NCBI RefSeq assembly: GCF_016433145.1
Contig: NC_058133.1
Coordinates: 53,372,120 to 53,436,119, forward strand
From: Gracilinanus agilis
Lineage: Eukaryota
DNA length: 64,000 bases
Direction of reading: 5' to 3'
Positions 47,590-60,719 of this stretch are shown piece by piece. The notes under the pieces are model-generated. The model searched no databases. It was not told where the DNA came from and was given only the letters and a program-made list of their open reading frames with translations. The position numbers and the translations under genes were made by a program. How positions within the stretch are numbered: position 1 is the first letter of the stretch; every line of letters starts with the position of its first letter.

Positions 47590-47845
47590 CTTCCTTCTTT
47601 TCTTCCTTTTCTCCTTTTCTCCCTTTTTTTTCATTTTTTTCCTTTTTTCATTTCTTTATCCCCTTTCTTCCTTTTTCTTCCTTTCTCCCTTCCTTTTTTC
47701 CACTTTTTTCTTTCCTTTTTTCCTTTCTCCCTTCCTTTTTTGTTTTTTCCCTTTTTCTTTCTCCTTTTCTTCCTTTTTTCCATTCCTTTCCTTCTCCCTC
47801 TTTTCCTTTATTTCTCCTTTTCTTTCATTCTTCCTTTCTTTCTAT
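47590..47845. repeat. About 255-bp polypyrimidine (T/C) low-complexity tract
   Basis: Almost purine-free; repeated tttcctttctcccttccttttt units. Confidence 0.95.
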
Positions 47846-47998
47846 CAGACAATGAAACAAGATTTTTCTCTATAAAATTTCCTGTAAAGGACTATTGGCA
47901 TGGTAAAAACATATATCTTATAAAATTCTGTGTGGCAAAAGTACTAAGTAATGTAGTAGAAAAGAAAAAGCTATATAAATCAACAAGTTGTCTACACC

Positions 47999-48185
47999 AG
48001 TGATATCAGACTCAAATAGGAATAGAGCAATATGCAAGGCATATTGACTTAGAAAAGCACATATTAACATTATCTATGTTTTGTCATATATTTATTTATT
48101 TTATTAGATATTTCCCAATTGCATTTAAATCTTTTACTTGTCACACTTTGAAGTGTCATAGGGAGCATGATATATGCTCCCCAGC
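47999..48185. mobile_element. Degenerate marsupial hAT MITE
   Basis: cagtgatatcagactcaaatag start; catattgacttagaaaagcacatattaacattatctatg body. Confidence 0.6.
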
Positions 48186-48749
48186 TTTCATGTTTTTAAA
48201 TCTTCTAGTCTAGGCCATTGTCCTCTTATCAATAACTATGGTTATTCCCTATTTCTATTCTTTTGGTTTGGGAATCTAAACAATGTAAAACTAATTTTCC
48301 AGTTTAGTTCAAACAATCTAACAATATATTCCCCACAGAGAGAAAAACACATATTATAGTTTCTTTTAGATTATTTTTAAAATTCAACTCTTATCTTTTC
48401 ATTCTCTTTCTAAATTCTAAAGTCATTAACTCTGCCTCTTTGCAAGATTTTAAATTTTACATTTCTTCTCACCTTTAATCAACTATACAGTATTTTAAAT
48501 GATTAAAGAGCTCTTTAAGGAATATAATGTTATTGCTGATTATATGCTGAATCATCACATAATCACAATGAATATTTACCAACCTGAAAAGATCTGTAAT
48601 ATGTTTAATCTAGTTCAGGCTTAATTAAAGAAATATGAAGGTCATAGAGAAGTGTTAAAGTGATATTTTTCCCCCCAAAAAAGTATTTCTCACAAAATTT
48701 TGTTTTCACTTTTTGAAAAAAATAGTAGACAGCAAAGATGTTTCAAGCA

Positions 48750-48960
48750 ATGAGCATTATGATGAAGTGGAAAGAGGGCTGGCTTTGGAGTTAAAGGATC
48801 TGGGTTCAAATCCTGACTGCCACATATAACCTATATGATCTTGGATAAATCACTAAAATTCTCTGGACATAAGTTTTCTCATCCATAAAATGAAGAGATT
48901 CAATTCTATGGCATCTAGAAAGGACCTCTTCCAACTCTTGGTCTATGATCCTACCCTATG
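48750..48960 (+). mobile_element. MIR3-like SINE
   Basis: ggatctgggttcaaatcctgact...ttctcatccataaaatgaagaga. Confidence 0.8.
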
Positions 48961-49544
48961 ACTATCAAAACTGTATCATATATATTTCATGAGAAGTCAT
49001 GCACAATATTTTCTGTGGTCTAATACTAGGAAGGAAAAAGAGAGGTCAAGTCAAGAGTTTTCTAGTTATCTGCTTACTGTGATTCATCACCCATCGATGC
49101 TTCAGGCTCATAGTTTCTTATCTCCATTTTAACAAACTCCCCTTTTCCTTAATGTGAATTATATTACAGTGAACTATAATACCATAGGTACATATATATG
49201 TATAGTTTTGGTCAATTAATCAAATCATTGATAAATCAGCAAGTCTTATTGATTGCTTATGATGTACTAGGCACAATGAATATAAAGCCAAAAGTGAGTT
49301 CCTGCCTTCGAGGCCTTGACAGTGTCCTGGAAATATATAATATATTTATGAATAAGAACGGGATATAGAAAATAAATATATAGTGATCGGCATCTAAGAG
49401 GTGATGAGGTGATAAATCAAGATAAAGGATAAATCAAGATTGGTCTTTGGAAACAATTTCTCTTGAATTGAACCTTGACGGAATCTACAAATACCAAAAG
49501 GCTGAAATAGGAAGAGAAATTAAGCATTTATATAGTATCTATTC

Positions 49545-50020
49545 AGGCAACTAGGTAGCACAGTGGAGAGTGCTGGTCCTGGAGTCTGAAAGACTCACCT
49601 CCCTGAGTTCAAATCTGACCTTATACTTAGTAGCTATGTGATCCTGGGGAAGCCACTTAACTATTTGCTTCAGTTTTCTCATCTCTAAAGTGAGCTGGAG
49701 AAGAAAATGGCAAACTATTCCAGTATATTTGCTAAGAAAACCCCAAATGGAAACATGAAGAGTCAGATGCAACTGCAAATGACCAACAAGAAAAATAGTG
49801 CTTATTTCATGCTAAGCTCTACAAACATTATTTTGATTGATCTTCACAACAACCTTAGGAGGCAAGTGTTATTATTATTATACCCATTTTACAATTAAGA
49901 AAAGAGAGGTTAAATGACTTTCCCAGGACCACACAGCTAGTAAGTGTTGAAGGCTGGATTTAACCTGAAGGCTTCCTGACACAAAGATAAGCACTCTATG
50001 CATTGCACCACTATCTGCCT
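49545..50020. mobile_element. MAR1 (plus, 49545-49800) followed by MIR (minus, 49800-50020)
   Basis: ggcaactaggtagcacagtggagag head and aaggaaaatggcaaactattccag-like tail; cccattttacaattaag core. Confidence 0.85.
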
Positions 50021-50639
50021 CTTGCTTTCAAGACACTGGTAGGATGGAGGTATACAGGGAAATCTATACAAGGCATAGAGATGACATATGAAATGTTATG
50101 ATGCCATTTAGGGTTGTCTTCAGTTCTATCATTATGGTCATTGTTTATGTTGATCTCCAGTGTACCATGGTGGATGGGGAACTGGAGTTGGAATCCAAAA
50201 GACCTGGGTTAGAATTCCATCGCAAACAATAACTGTGTAACCCTGGATAAATCATTTAACTTCTCATTCCTCAATTTTCCCACCTATAAAATGAAGAGGC
50301 TATACTTTATGGCCATTCTAGATGTTATGTTGTTTTTCTGGCATTGCTTTCCTTTTCATTCTCCTTAATACCTTTCTTACAAGCAAGTCATCACTAGTAA
50401 CATGTCATCTTACTTATAAATTATCACATCCATTTCCATCACCGCTTGGGTTGTCAGCCATTCAGCTTCTTTGGAGACAGTAGTGTGTGTTCCAGCCAGA
50501 GAGTGTCCTTGAGAGAATATTGAACATAAAAAGAAAGTTTTTTCAGGAGTGCATGGCCTGAAAGTATTGTATGATTTCCCAGAGATCACAAATAAATCTA
50601 ATACAAAACTGGATGCAAGCAAAACAGAAAGGTAAAGTG

Positions 50640-51540
50640 TTAGGAATGTTCAGAGAACAAAGATTAACTTTTGAGTCAGACTCAGGCTGCTTGGAGAAAA
50701 TAACATTCTAAATGGACCTTAATCCATTTCAACAAGTAGAGATGGTAGAGGAGGGCATCCCTGATGAAGGAAATGTCAAAAGCTCCTCAATGGCAAAGAT
50801 TATATCATTGTTTAATTTCGGTGTTCATGACACCTCGAGGCAATGTAGACTAGGAGTCATAAAGTCCTGGGTTCAAATCCCATCTCAGACATTCATTATG
50901 ATACATGAAGAAGAATAAAATGTAAAAAGACTGAAACAGGTTATGGAGAACTTTAAAGTTCAAACAGAGGACTTCATACTTAATTGTGGGAGTAAAAAAG
51001 GAGCCAGTGGAGTTTGTTGAGTAGGTTATTTCTGCACTTGAAGAAGATCTCTTTGATGACTGAGTGAAGGATGGACTTGAGTGGTCAGAGATTTGAGACA
51101 CAAATGAAAATGAGATTGGAATCAAATTATGGAGGGGCTTAAATACCAATTAGGGTGATGAGGGAGATAGAATACTGTACAGGGTGTTAGGAAATCCAGA
51201 GTTTCTGCCTCAGACACTAGCTATAGAATTGGGGCATATCAATTAACCACTCTGAGACTCAGTTTTCTCATCTAAGAAATGGAAAACATACCTAACAACT
51301 TTATGATGGGGCTTAAATGAGATCATAGACAAAAAGCACTTTACAAAGAAAAACAGTACTATGTTACTAGTATCAGTATTATTAAGCCAGTTGTCATTAT
51401 TTAGTCCACAGAGTTTGCATTTTAATTTGTGGAGAAGAGCCATTAAAGATTTTAGATTTGTGGAAAGAGGTGATTAGATAACTTCCATTAGGAGAAATAA
51501 TCTGTCAGTACTGTGTAGGGTGGAATACCTATTAATAAAT
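50640..51540 (-). mobile_element. L2 remnant with embedded MIRs (50840-50900; 51170-51370)
   Basis: Purine-rich L2 body; MIR heads and cores. Confidence 0.55.
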
Positions 51541-51562
51541 AAGTATTAAGAATCTACTCTCA

Positions 51563-51689
51563 AGGTCTTGATCAATGATACATGTAAAACCTAGTAGAAT
51601 TGCATGTTGGCTATGGAGGGGGGGCGTTGGGGGAAGAGGAAAAGAACATGGGAAAGTATTCTAAATAAAAATTTTAAAAAATTAAAAAC
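51563..51689 (+). mobile_element. 127-bp L1 3' tip
   Basis: G-rich tract and A-tail; perfect 15-bp TSD aagaatctactctca at 51548-51562 and 51690-51704. Confidence 0.9.
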
Positions 51690-52239
51690 AAGAATCTACT
51701 CTCAGTAGTCAGCTGCTATTCTAGATAAACTGTAGAATATCAGAGATGGAAGGAGTCATTGAAGTGAGCTACTAAAACTTCACCTAAACAATAATGTCTC
51801 CTGCCACGTACCTGATAAAGGGTTTTTCAATATTTGCTTGGAGACCCCAGTGATGGGGAACTCACTGTCTCCTGAGACACTTTGGGATAGATCCGATTAT
51901 AAATCTGCACAACACATGACTAATGGAGCCAGAAATAAAACCCAGTTCATATGGTTCCCAATCCAGGGTTCTTTCCATTTCATTGCATTGTTTTTGCATT
52001 ATATTTTCTAAAGACAAAGAAAATGACAGTGCGTGCGGCTGAATGGCAGGGTATGTATAGGGTAGCACTGGGACATCTTATATGACATTAACCTGTGAAT
52101 GGAAGATGGTTTCAAGGAAAGTCTGGATGATAAATGTTTTATTCTGCCAACTAATGGTTTTAATAAACAATAAACAAAGTGGGATCTATGCTTTCAGTCA
52201 TTTGCATAAATGTGATCTAAGAATTTATTGGGAAACATC

Positions 52240-52570
52240 TAAATTTTCATTTCTTAAACTTTTTTGTTTTGATTCTTATTTCTTTTCAACTAACAATCAT
52301 TTTTCCTCTCCATGACAACTCCTCTCTTCACTGAAAAAAAAAGAAAAACTTATAACAAATATAGCCAACCAAAAAAAAAATCTTCCCATGTTGTCTACAT
52401 TCAAAAGTGTACATCTTATTTTATAACTTGAGTCTATCACTTCTCTGTCAAGAGGTAGGTACTGTGCTATATTATTGGTTCTCTATGTCCTTTGATGAAG
52501 GACATAATGATGTCCTCCATCACAGGTTGGCCATTGCATTGATTAGAGTTTTTTTAAGTCTTCATTAAGA
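52240..52570 (-). mobile_element. Older L1 3' end, same type as 6290-6800
   Basis: ctatcacttctctgtcaagaggtagg...ggccattgcattgattagagtt. Confidence 0.7.
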
Positions 52571-52579
52571 ATGCAGTTG

Positions 52580-52780
52580 ATTGGGATTTCTTAAACTGAG
52601 GTCTGTGGGCAGATATCAGAGATGAATTTTGATATGAAAATATAACCAGATACCTTCAAAACATGTATTTTATTTTATGCATCTAAAATATTGCTCTTAG
52701 AAGGAATTCATGGACTTCAGAGGATGGCCAAAGGGCTCACAACATAAAAAATATCAAGGACACTTGCATCAAATACATGT
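52580..52780. mobile_element. MER5/Charlie-like hAT remnant
   Basis: ttcttaaactgaggtctgtgg start; gaattcatggacttca...gccaaaggg near the end. Confidence 0.5.
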
Positions 52781-52789
52781 ACAGATCAT

Positions 52790-53330
52790 TGTCATGAAGA
52801 TATTATATGAATCAAATGGTTCAACTGTGAAAACTTAGCTACTCCCAGCAATGCGATGATCCAGGATGATTCTTTTTTTTCATATTTATTTATTTTTAAG
52901 TATTTTTCCAAGGTTACATGATTCATGTTCTCTCTCTTCCCTCTTCCCTCCTCCCTCCCAGAGCTGACAAGATCCAGTACAATTCTGAAGAACTTATGAT
53001 GGAGAATGCTATACACCTCCAAAGAAAGAACAATTGGAGTTGGATGAAAACAGATCAAAGCATACTATTTTTCACATCAGTGTATTTATGGTTTTATTGG
53101 GGGGGGGGGTTGTTTTATATGAGTGTGCTCTTACAACAATTACAAATATGAAAGTATTTTGCATGATAATACATGTATGACCCAGATCAAATTGCTTGAC
53201 ATCTCCAAGTAGGGGGAGGGAAGGCTGGGAGAGATACATCTTGGATCTTATAATTTTTAAAAACTTACATTAAAAATTATTATTACATGTCATTGAGAAA
53301 AATAAAATATCTTTGAATAAAAAAATCAAA
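52790..53330 (+). mobile_element. L1 3' end with a nested antisense L1 tip (52874-52970)
   Basis: Degenerate 16-bp TSD gatccaggatgattct / gatccagtacaattct at 52858-52873 and 52971-52986. Confidence 0.85.
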
Positions 53331-54489
53331 ATGGTTTCATAGTTATTAAGGAATTATTCAAGGTTTTTTTTAATTATTACTGTTGATAGGAAAGCCCAGA
53401 TTTGCTACTTACTATCCTTGAACAAGTCATTTAATCTCTCATTAACTCAATTTCCTCACCTGTAAAATGTAGAAGTTAGACTAGATAGCCTCTACATATC
53501 CACTTCAGCTCTAGATCTCAGATCCTACACCCCTTCTCCTCTCTATTCCCCTTCTCACTTGATATCTTCTTCTAATTTAGATATTTTGATATTTGATCCA
53601 ATGATGTATTCAAAGTTATTTCCTCTAGGATGGATTTCCTCTGTGTGTACTTTGTTACTATTTCAAGTATACTTCCCACACTTTTTTTTAATTCAGTGCC
53701 ATTTTTACTTCCTCATATAACAATCAAGGACTGAGGTGTTAGAGTGCAAATGTGTTGGCTGCTTGTTCACTGATGATGAAAAAAAGTTCATTAGAGAAAT
53801 GCTAACAGTTCTGCCTCATTTGCCATCTGTTGGTGATACCCCTTCCAGTTTAAACTATAAATGTGTTTACTATGATCAGAATGTCAATAACAGAACAGAT
53901 TTAGACCTAGAAGGACCTTCTGGCTTGGCTGGGTCTCACACCAAAGCCTTTGGAAGATTTATTTTTCCCTCTCTTGTTCTTCAATATTGTGTGAGACTAT
54001 ATTGCTCATAATCTTCCATCTTCCTCCTCTGTGAAATTTTACATACTTCAAGATGACATTACTTTTGGTTACCGTGTCTCTATGATTGGTAAGGAGATAA
54101 TGTACCAGCTAAGATGATTCCTGAATTGTTTTTTGTTCTTCTGTTAGATTTATTGGGACAATTACTTTAATTTAATTCCAGCTATAGGAAATGCAATGTC
54201 AATGTATTCTGTTTTGTTACAAGTTTTTAGCACCATTAGTTTGTTTGAATAGTTTGGCTCTTTTTTATTTGTACCTAGCATGTTTTTTTCATCTTTTGCC
54301 TTTCTTCTACTTTAGATATTTCCTATCTCTACTTTTATGAATTGATGATCTGACTACACAAAGAAGTAACTTAGAAAAATTGTGTCTATAACTAGTCTTC
54401 TCCTGACTCTTAAGAAATTTGATTTCATTGTGTGTGATTAACATGAGTATTAATCTATTTCATTTTTAGAAAGGAATATAATAACTGGA

Positions 54490-54680
54490 GGTCAGATGGG
54501 TGGCTCAGTAGATCAAGGGTCAGATTTAGATATAGGATGTCCTGGGTTCAAATATGATCTCATACACTTCCTAGCTATGTGACTGTGCAAGTCTTTTAAT
54601 GACTATTGCCTAGCCCTTACCACTCTTCTACCTTGGAGCCAATGCACAGTATTGATTCCAAGACAGAAAGAAAGAGGTAG
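54490..54680 (+). mobile_element. SINE1-type element
   Basis: gggtggctcagtagat...cttggagccaatgcacagtattgattccaagacag. Confidence 0.88.
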
Positions 54681-55169
54681 TTTTTTTTTTTTATTTTTTA
54701 ATTAAGTAAAAAAAAATTTTTAAAGAAAGCAGTAACTGTTAAGATGTTTTCCATATATCAGACCTAAGTTTGCTTCTTTCCAAGCTCTGCTCATTGCACT
54801 TGGTGCTGTCTCCTGCAGTAAAAAGAACAAATCTAACTTTTCTTCTACACGACAGACTTTTTGAATATTGAGTATAGTTATCATGTCTTCTTGAATCTTC
54901 TTCAGGAAAAAGGGAATAATAATAGCTATACTAGGCAGAGTGGGTATATTTAAGTCATCCTCCAAATAAAAATTTCCAAGGAAGTTTCCATAATAACAAT
55001 ATCAAATACATAATACCTTTCACGGATGGGACATTCCTTTCTTTTACTCACCTTAAATTGCTGAGAATAGTAATTCTTGGATTAGTGTTCACTACTTGAG
55101 TCCTATGAAGGCTGACTAATTTCATTTGCTCTACCCCATCCTAGTAGTGTTATTTTCTGATTCCTAAAC

Positions 55170-55830
55170 AAATTCAGCCAGCATCTTTAAAGTACCTGGT
55201 ATTTCTAAAGCACTCTGATTCACACAGGGTAAACAAAGACACAAGTGAAAATTCCTACCCTCGAGGAACTTGCATTGGGGGATGCCATATCAAAATATAA
55301 AGTACTTTGAGGAGGAGTCAAACACCAATGCTTGGGGGAATCAGGAAAGGCTACAGGTAGAAAGTGGCACCTCAGTTAAGTCTTGAAAGATACTAAAAAT
55401 TTTAAGTCAAAGGTACAAAAGGAGTCCCCTCCAGGTACAAGGGGCAATATCTGAAAAGACACAGAAGTGAGATTTGGGGCAATGTCATTAAAGTTGATTT
55501 GACTGAAATAGAAAGGTCACAAATAAATCAATAAAACTTATGCTAATAATAATATAATAATTAATTAACGAAACATCTATTAAGTGCCTACTATCTGCCT
55601 GACACTATGCTATGTGCTGAGGATAAAAAAAAGACAAAAATAGTCTCTCTCTTCAAGGAGTTTATAATCTAATATGGGAGACTATATGCAAACAAATATA
55701 TACAAAGCAAGCTATATATAGAATAAGCAGAAAATAATTAATAGAGGGAAGGAACTAAAACTAAGAGGGAGCAATCTGAAATTTCTGTAAATATGTTTGA
55801 GCCAGATGTTGAAGGGCTTCTAAAATCAAT
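55170..55830 (-). mobile_element. L2 remnant with nested L2-tailed element (55550-55770)
   Basis: tctattaagtgcctactatctgcctgacactatgct terminus inside L2 body. Confidence 0.6.
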
Positions 55831-55869
55831 ATTTGAGTCCTTGGCAGTACCCCCAGGGTGGTCTCTGTT

Positions 55870-56460
55870 CCTGTGGTTGAGCAGAATTTAGAAATCTTAA
55901 GAAGAAATCAGCAAGTCTAACAAGAGACTAAAAAATTTAAAACAAAATGAAGAAACTAAATATAACTGGATTCTGTGAAAAAGAACAATAGAATTAGAAT
56001 GCAAATATGTAGAGAAAGAAGGAAATGTAATGGAAAAAATATTTTAAAACAAGAATGATACTGTAAAACTCATAAAAGTTCTAAAACACAAAAATCTGAA
56101 TGTTCAGGTGGAATATTGAGGCATAAATCCAAGGATTATATGTCTCCCAGGGAAACAACTTTAAAAAGAAAACTTAAATATCATACTTTTTAAAAATCAT
56201 ACATGAAATATTGCCCAGTATTAACAAAAGCAAATGGCAATGTTCAGATTTGGAGCATCCATAGAATGTCAATGAATAAAATCCAAGTTTAAGTCTCTAA
56301 GAAAATGAGTAGCTAAACTCCAGCACTACATCATCAAATAACTAATTTTGAAGTCAATAAGAAAAAAAACTTTCACATTCCAAGAAGGATCCATCAGAAT
56401 AGCACAGGGCCACACTTTCATTTTAAAAAAGCAAATAAAAATTTGGAATATTCTGGGAAG
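55870..56460 (+). mobile_element. Degenerate L1 ORF1/HAL1-like fragment
   Basis: A-rich; remnants of ORF1 RRM/CTD motifs (catccatagaat, gctaaactccag, atcagaatagcacag); no adjacent ORF2. Confidence 0.5.
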
Positions 56461-56619
56461 CAAAGAAAAAGAATATATTCTATAACTTTGGCCTTCCCAT
56501 GAAACCAGCCTCTGAGTTAGACGACCTATGTCTGTTCTCCTTATAGTTCAGAGCTTTCCAAGGGAGGTGGGCATCAGTCCTGGAGCCAGGCCACCCACCT
56601 TTCAGCCTCTATCTTTATC

Positions 56620-58400
56620 TTAGGACCAGACCATCCCTCAATCACTTTCACTAAGCAACCTGCCCTCCTTTAATGTTCATTTTCCTTTCTTCTTTAGTTA
56701 ATTCAGTGCTTGGCTCAAATCTTTCTCCCTCACCATCCTGGAGGACCTCAAAATAAATATTAATACCCTCTCAACTACCCTAACTTCCCAGGCCCTCAAT
56801 GAATCCAGTCTCATGACCAATTCAATCTCAGGTATACACAGAAGAGTCAAGGTCAAATCTTTGATCTGCCATCCAAAAGTTTTTCAGTTCCACATTCATG
56901 AATACTGAAGTTCTTTATTTGATCATAATCTTTTATAATACCATTTTTACTTCTACCTGGTGACCACCAGCTCTGTTTTTCATCACCATGATCTCCAATC
57001 CCTCATTTCTTTCTCAGATCTTTATCCCTATAGCAGTTACACTCTTCTTCCATTTCTTGATTCCTTGATGAATCAGCTACTCTATGCTATCTTCTACATC
57101 TGAGTTCTCTTTGTCCTATTACCATTCATTTCTTGCCAATCCCCAACCTAAGACTATTCCTACCATCTGCTTCCTTTGCTCCTATTCATGTGCTGCTGAA
57201 TGAAATTGGAAAAAATCCCAAAACTCTGCTGCCTGAGCCCACTACAAATTGATGTTATAGTCTATACCAGGCTCTCACTGCAGGAAAGCAATCCTAGTAT
57301 AACTACCCAATTGATTTCCTATCATACTTAGCAGAGAGGTTATGCCAAACCTCTTCATCTCTCCTCAAACCTCTCATGGCACCTTCTATTCCCACCATCT
57401 CAGCTGAGGACTTATTTCATAATCCCACTGAAAAAATTGTGGCCATTCTCATAGAACTCCCTTTTCTTCTGTTCTCCTTAACTCATATCACTCTGATGGC
57501 TTCCTCTACTATCTTCTCTTTTACTCCTTTGTCACATTAAGGGGATGCCCTTCTTTCTGAGGTGAACCTTTGGCCGAATTCCATCTCATCCTTTCCAAAA
57601 GATTGTCCTCTCTATCATCCCCACCTTTTTATTTTTAGTCTCTCCATTTTTATTGGCTGCTTCCTTAGAGCCTACAAACATCCCCATGTTTCTGCTATCC
57701 TTAAGAAACTTTCATATGATCTGACCTATCCCTTTAATCACTACTCTATACCTCTTCTCTCCTTTGTAGACAAACTCCTTGAGAAAGTGGGATATCTCTA
57801 TTTCCTCTTCTCTCACTTTCTTTTTTTTTTGTCTTTTAACTTACCTTCTGTCTTGCAGATGAAATACAAGCTAGGCAACTAGGTTAAGTGACTTGCTCTG
57901 CGTCTCATAGCTATGGAAGTCTCTGAGGCCAGATTTGAACCCTCAACTCTGCACCCTCTTACACCCTACATATCTAATATCTTTTGCCAAGTCTTCTTGT
58001 TTCTATTTTCACAATATCTCATATATGGTCCCTTCTCTCCTCTGACATAGCAGGTGCCCTGATGATGCAGGTCCCTATCATCTCATACCTGGACAGTTTC
58101 AATAATCTTTTTGTTGGTCCCCCTTTCTCAAATATCTCCCCACTCCAAACCATCCTCCAATAAGCTACCAAAGTAATTTTCCTAAAGCACAGGTCTTTGT
58201 TATAACATGCAACTGGTAATAAAAAAATAAATATTTAAATTATTTTTAAAAGAACTAAAACACAGTTCTAAGGATAGCTCTCTTATACACACCCCTCAGT
58301 AAAATCTATTGTCACCCTGTTATTGTCAGAATCAAACATACAGTCTTCTATTTGTCTTGAAAGATCTCAACCTGGCCCCTTCCTATTTTTCCATTTTTTC
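56620..58400 (+). mobile_element. Long L2 remnant
   Basis: C/T-rich L2 ORF2 pattern; interrupted by SINE1 (57825-57945, minus) and a 59-bp L1 tip (58197-58255, TSD taaa(g/a)cacag(g/t)tct). Confidence 0.75.
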
Positions 58401-59049
58401 CTCATACTTTATTTCACAGGCATTATATGAATTATCAACTTTCAGACCAGAATATGTCAGGAAATTTTCTCTCTATTTAAAGTCTGGCACTCCAACTCTA
58501 GAGTTCAAGAATTCTTGAATTTAAAGTCAATAAATAACTCCCAAAGATGATTTGGCCCAAGATATCTCCTTTCTTTTCTAACAACCAGGTTCCATGATCA
58601 TACTGTCTAATGAATTCGACTTCCTGTTAATTTTTTTACACAAAAGGCTAAGGCTTGGGAATAGGGTGCATAAATTCTCTTTGTGGATCATGTTTGGGCA
58701 CATCTACAATTGCTATGAATGTCTGCTAACAAGTTGATATTTTTTCTCCTTTTGTGGAGTGGGAGATAATAAGGAGAAACTCCACCACTTTGTTTTACTT
58801 TGGGAAAAGGGGAATAGGAAAAAAGTAAATGAGGAAGTCCATAAGAACAAAGTGATCTACAAGATGAGGCCAGCTTGTCTTTTGATAAGCCACAAGTAAT
58901 TATAGCTAAATATCCATCGGTCCATCACTGGGCATTCCCTATGTTCCATCAATTATTTGGAGAACTATTCAATTTTCCCATACATTATAATCTCACCAAA
59001 TCAAAGAGAGCTTATTAATCTGATGAGAGACTCCCCTGATCTATTTCCT

Positions 59050-60400
59050 TATACTTAATATTATCAAAAACATCTGAAACCAAAATTCAGCATTATTTGC
59101 AATGAAGAAACACTAAAAGCTTTCCCAGTACAAAGATAAAGCAAGAACATATCCAGTCTCCATTATTATTTTTTATAAATTTCTAGATATACTAGCTATG
59201 TTAAAAGGACAAAAAACAGAACTAAAGATATGAATATTTGGAAAATAGAAAATATATTGTCCTTATATGCTAATAACATGATGGTATACCAAAACAAATT
59301 AGCAAAGAAACCACTCATGATTATTATTTCAGTAAGGTAGCAGGAGAGAAATAAATCCATCCCCAAAAAATCATTTCTATACAATATTTCAGGGGGGGAC
59401 AGTGAAATAAGAGTACTTTTATTTGAAATAGCTACAAAACGTGTAAAATATCTTGGATTTAACCTAACAAGATGTACACATGGTTTATTTAAATATAACT
59501 GGAAAATACTTTATTGAAATAAGAGATGTCTCAAGTAACTGGAGCTATGGTCATTGCTTATGGTTAGGTTATGATTTTAAAATAATAAAAATTATTATAT
59601 TGCCTTAATTGGCTTATAGATTTACTGTTATTCCAGTCAAATTATCTTGGAAATACTCTATGGATCTAGAAAAAAAGTCATAACAAAATTCATGCAACAG
59701 AACAAAAGACTAAAATATCCAAGGAAATTGTGAAAAAAAATATATAACTGAGAGGGAATAGCATTTCTACACCTAAAATTGTGCTATAAATCAATATTTA
59801 AAAATTTACTTGGTGATGTCTTAAAAAAAGTAAAGCACTGGAACATATTAGATAAAGCCAAAAATTAAAAATAAAGCTTCTTGAAAATATTTTCTTAGTA
59901 TTTGATAAAAAAAAAAAAAAACAAGAATATAATTCACCGAAGAAAGGAATTCCTTTTTAATTAGAATTGCTGGGAACATTGGAAAACAGTCAAATTCAAT
60001 TTAGACCTACTTCTTATAACCATATACATTAATTAGTATTTTTTTAAAATTCAAACCACATATACTCAAGAAATTAGAAGAAAAGGAGATCCAATATCTT
60101 TCACAACTATATCTAGAGATAGAATTCTAATCCAAATAAGGATTCATGAAAGAGAAGATAAACCATTCTACTTTCATAAAATTTTAAAGTCTTTGTATGA
60201 AAAATCAGTGAACATATACAACGAAGATAAACTCTAGAATAGGAAAGATAATTATATCAAGTATCCTAGTAAAAGTCTGGTATCCAAGATATCTGAGGAA
60301 TCCACATGAAGAAATTAACAAAAAGTGTCATTTCCAGTAGATTTCCCAATAAGTGGTCAAAGGTTGTGAGCAATGACTTCCAACAAGATTATCACAAATT
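59050..60400 (+). mobile_element. Ancient L1 ORF2 (RT and downstream) remnant
   Basis: Degenerate ANIICNGETLKAFP, PLLF and SLYADDM equivalents (tccttatatgctaataacatgatggtatacc). Confidence 0.75.
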
Positions 60401-60514
60401 AGTCTCAAGGTTTTGTTTGTTTTAGTTTTGCGGGAGGGGTTGGTTGGAAGGTGGTATTTGTTTTTCTTTCAGTGAAGGCAAAGTTCTCAGCTTAGAGGGT
60501 ATGGGAAAGGGGCA

Positions 60515-60685
60515 GGTGTGTGGCCTGTAGATAGAAAGCCCAGCCCAGAAACAGAAGATCCTGGGTTCAAATTTGACCTCAGACACTTCCTAATTGTATG
60601 ACCTCAAGACAAATCACTTAACCCCAATTGCCTAGCCCTTATCACTCTGCCTTAGAACTAATACTTAGTCAATTCTAAGACATAT
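60515..60685 (+). mobile_element. SINE1-type element
   Basis: cctgggttcaaatttgacctcagacacttcc...tctgccttagaactaatac. Confidence 0.85.
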
Positions 60686-60719
60686 AGTTGTTTATGTCTT
60701 ATGTAATAGTTGTTTATTT

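Noticed and set aside
47558-48003. Phe/Ser-rich ORFs resembling membrane proteins
   Set aside because: Translation of the polypyrimidine tract.
58504-58519. 16-bp palindrome ttcaagaattcttgaa as heat-shock element
   Set aside because: GAA and TTC abut without the 2-nt spacer of a canonical HSE; single short palindrome is plausible by chance.
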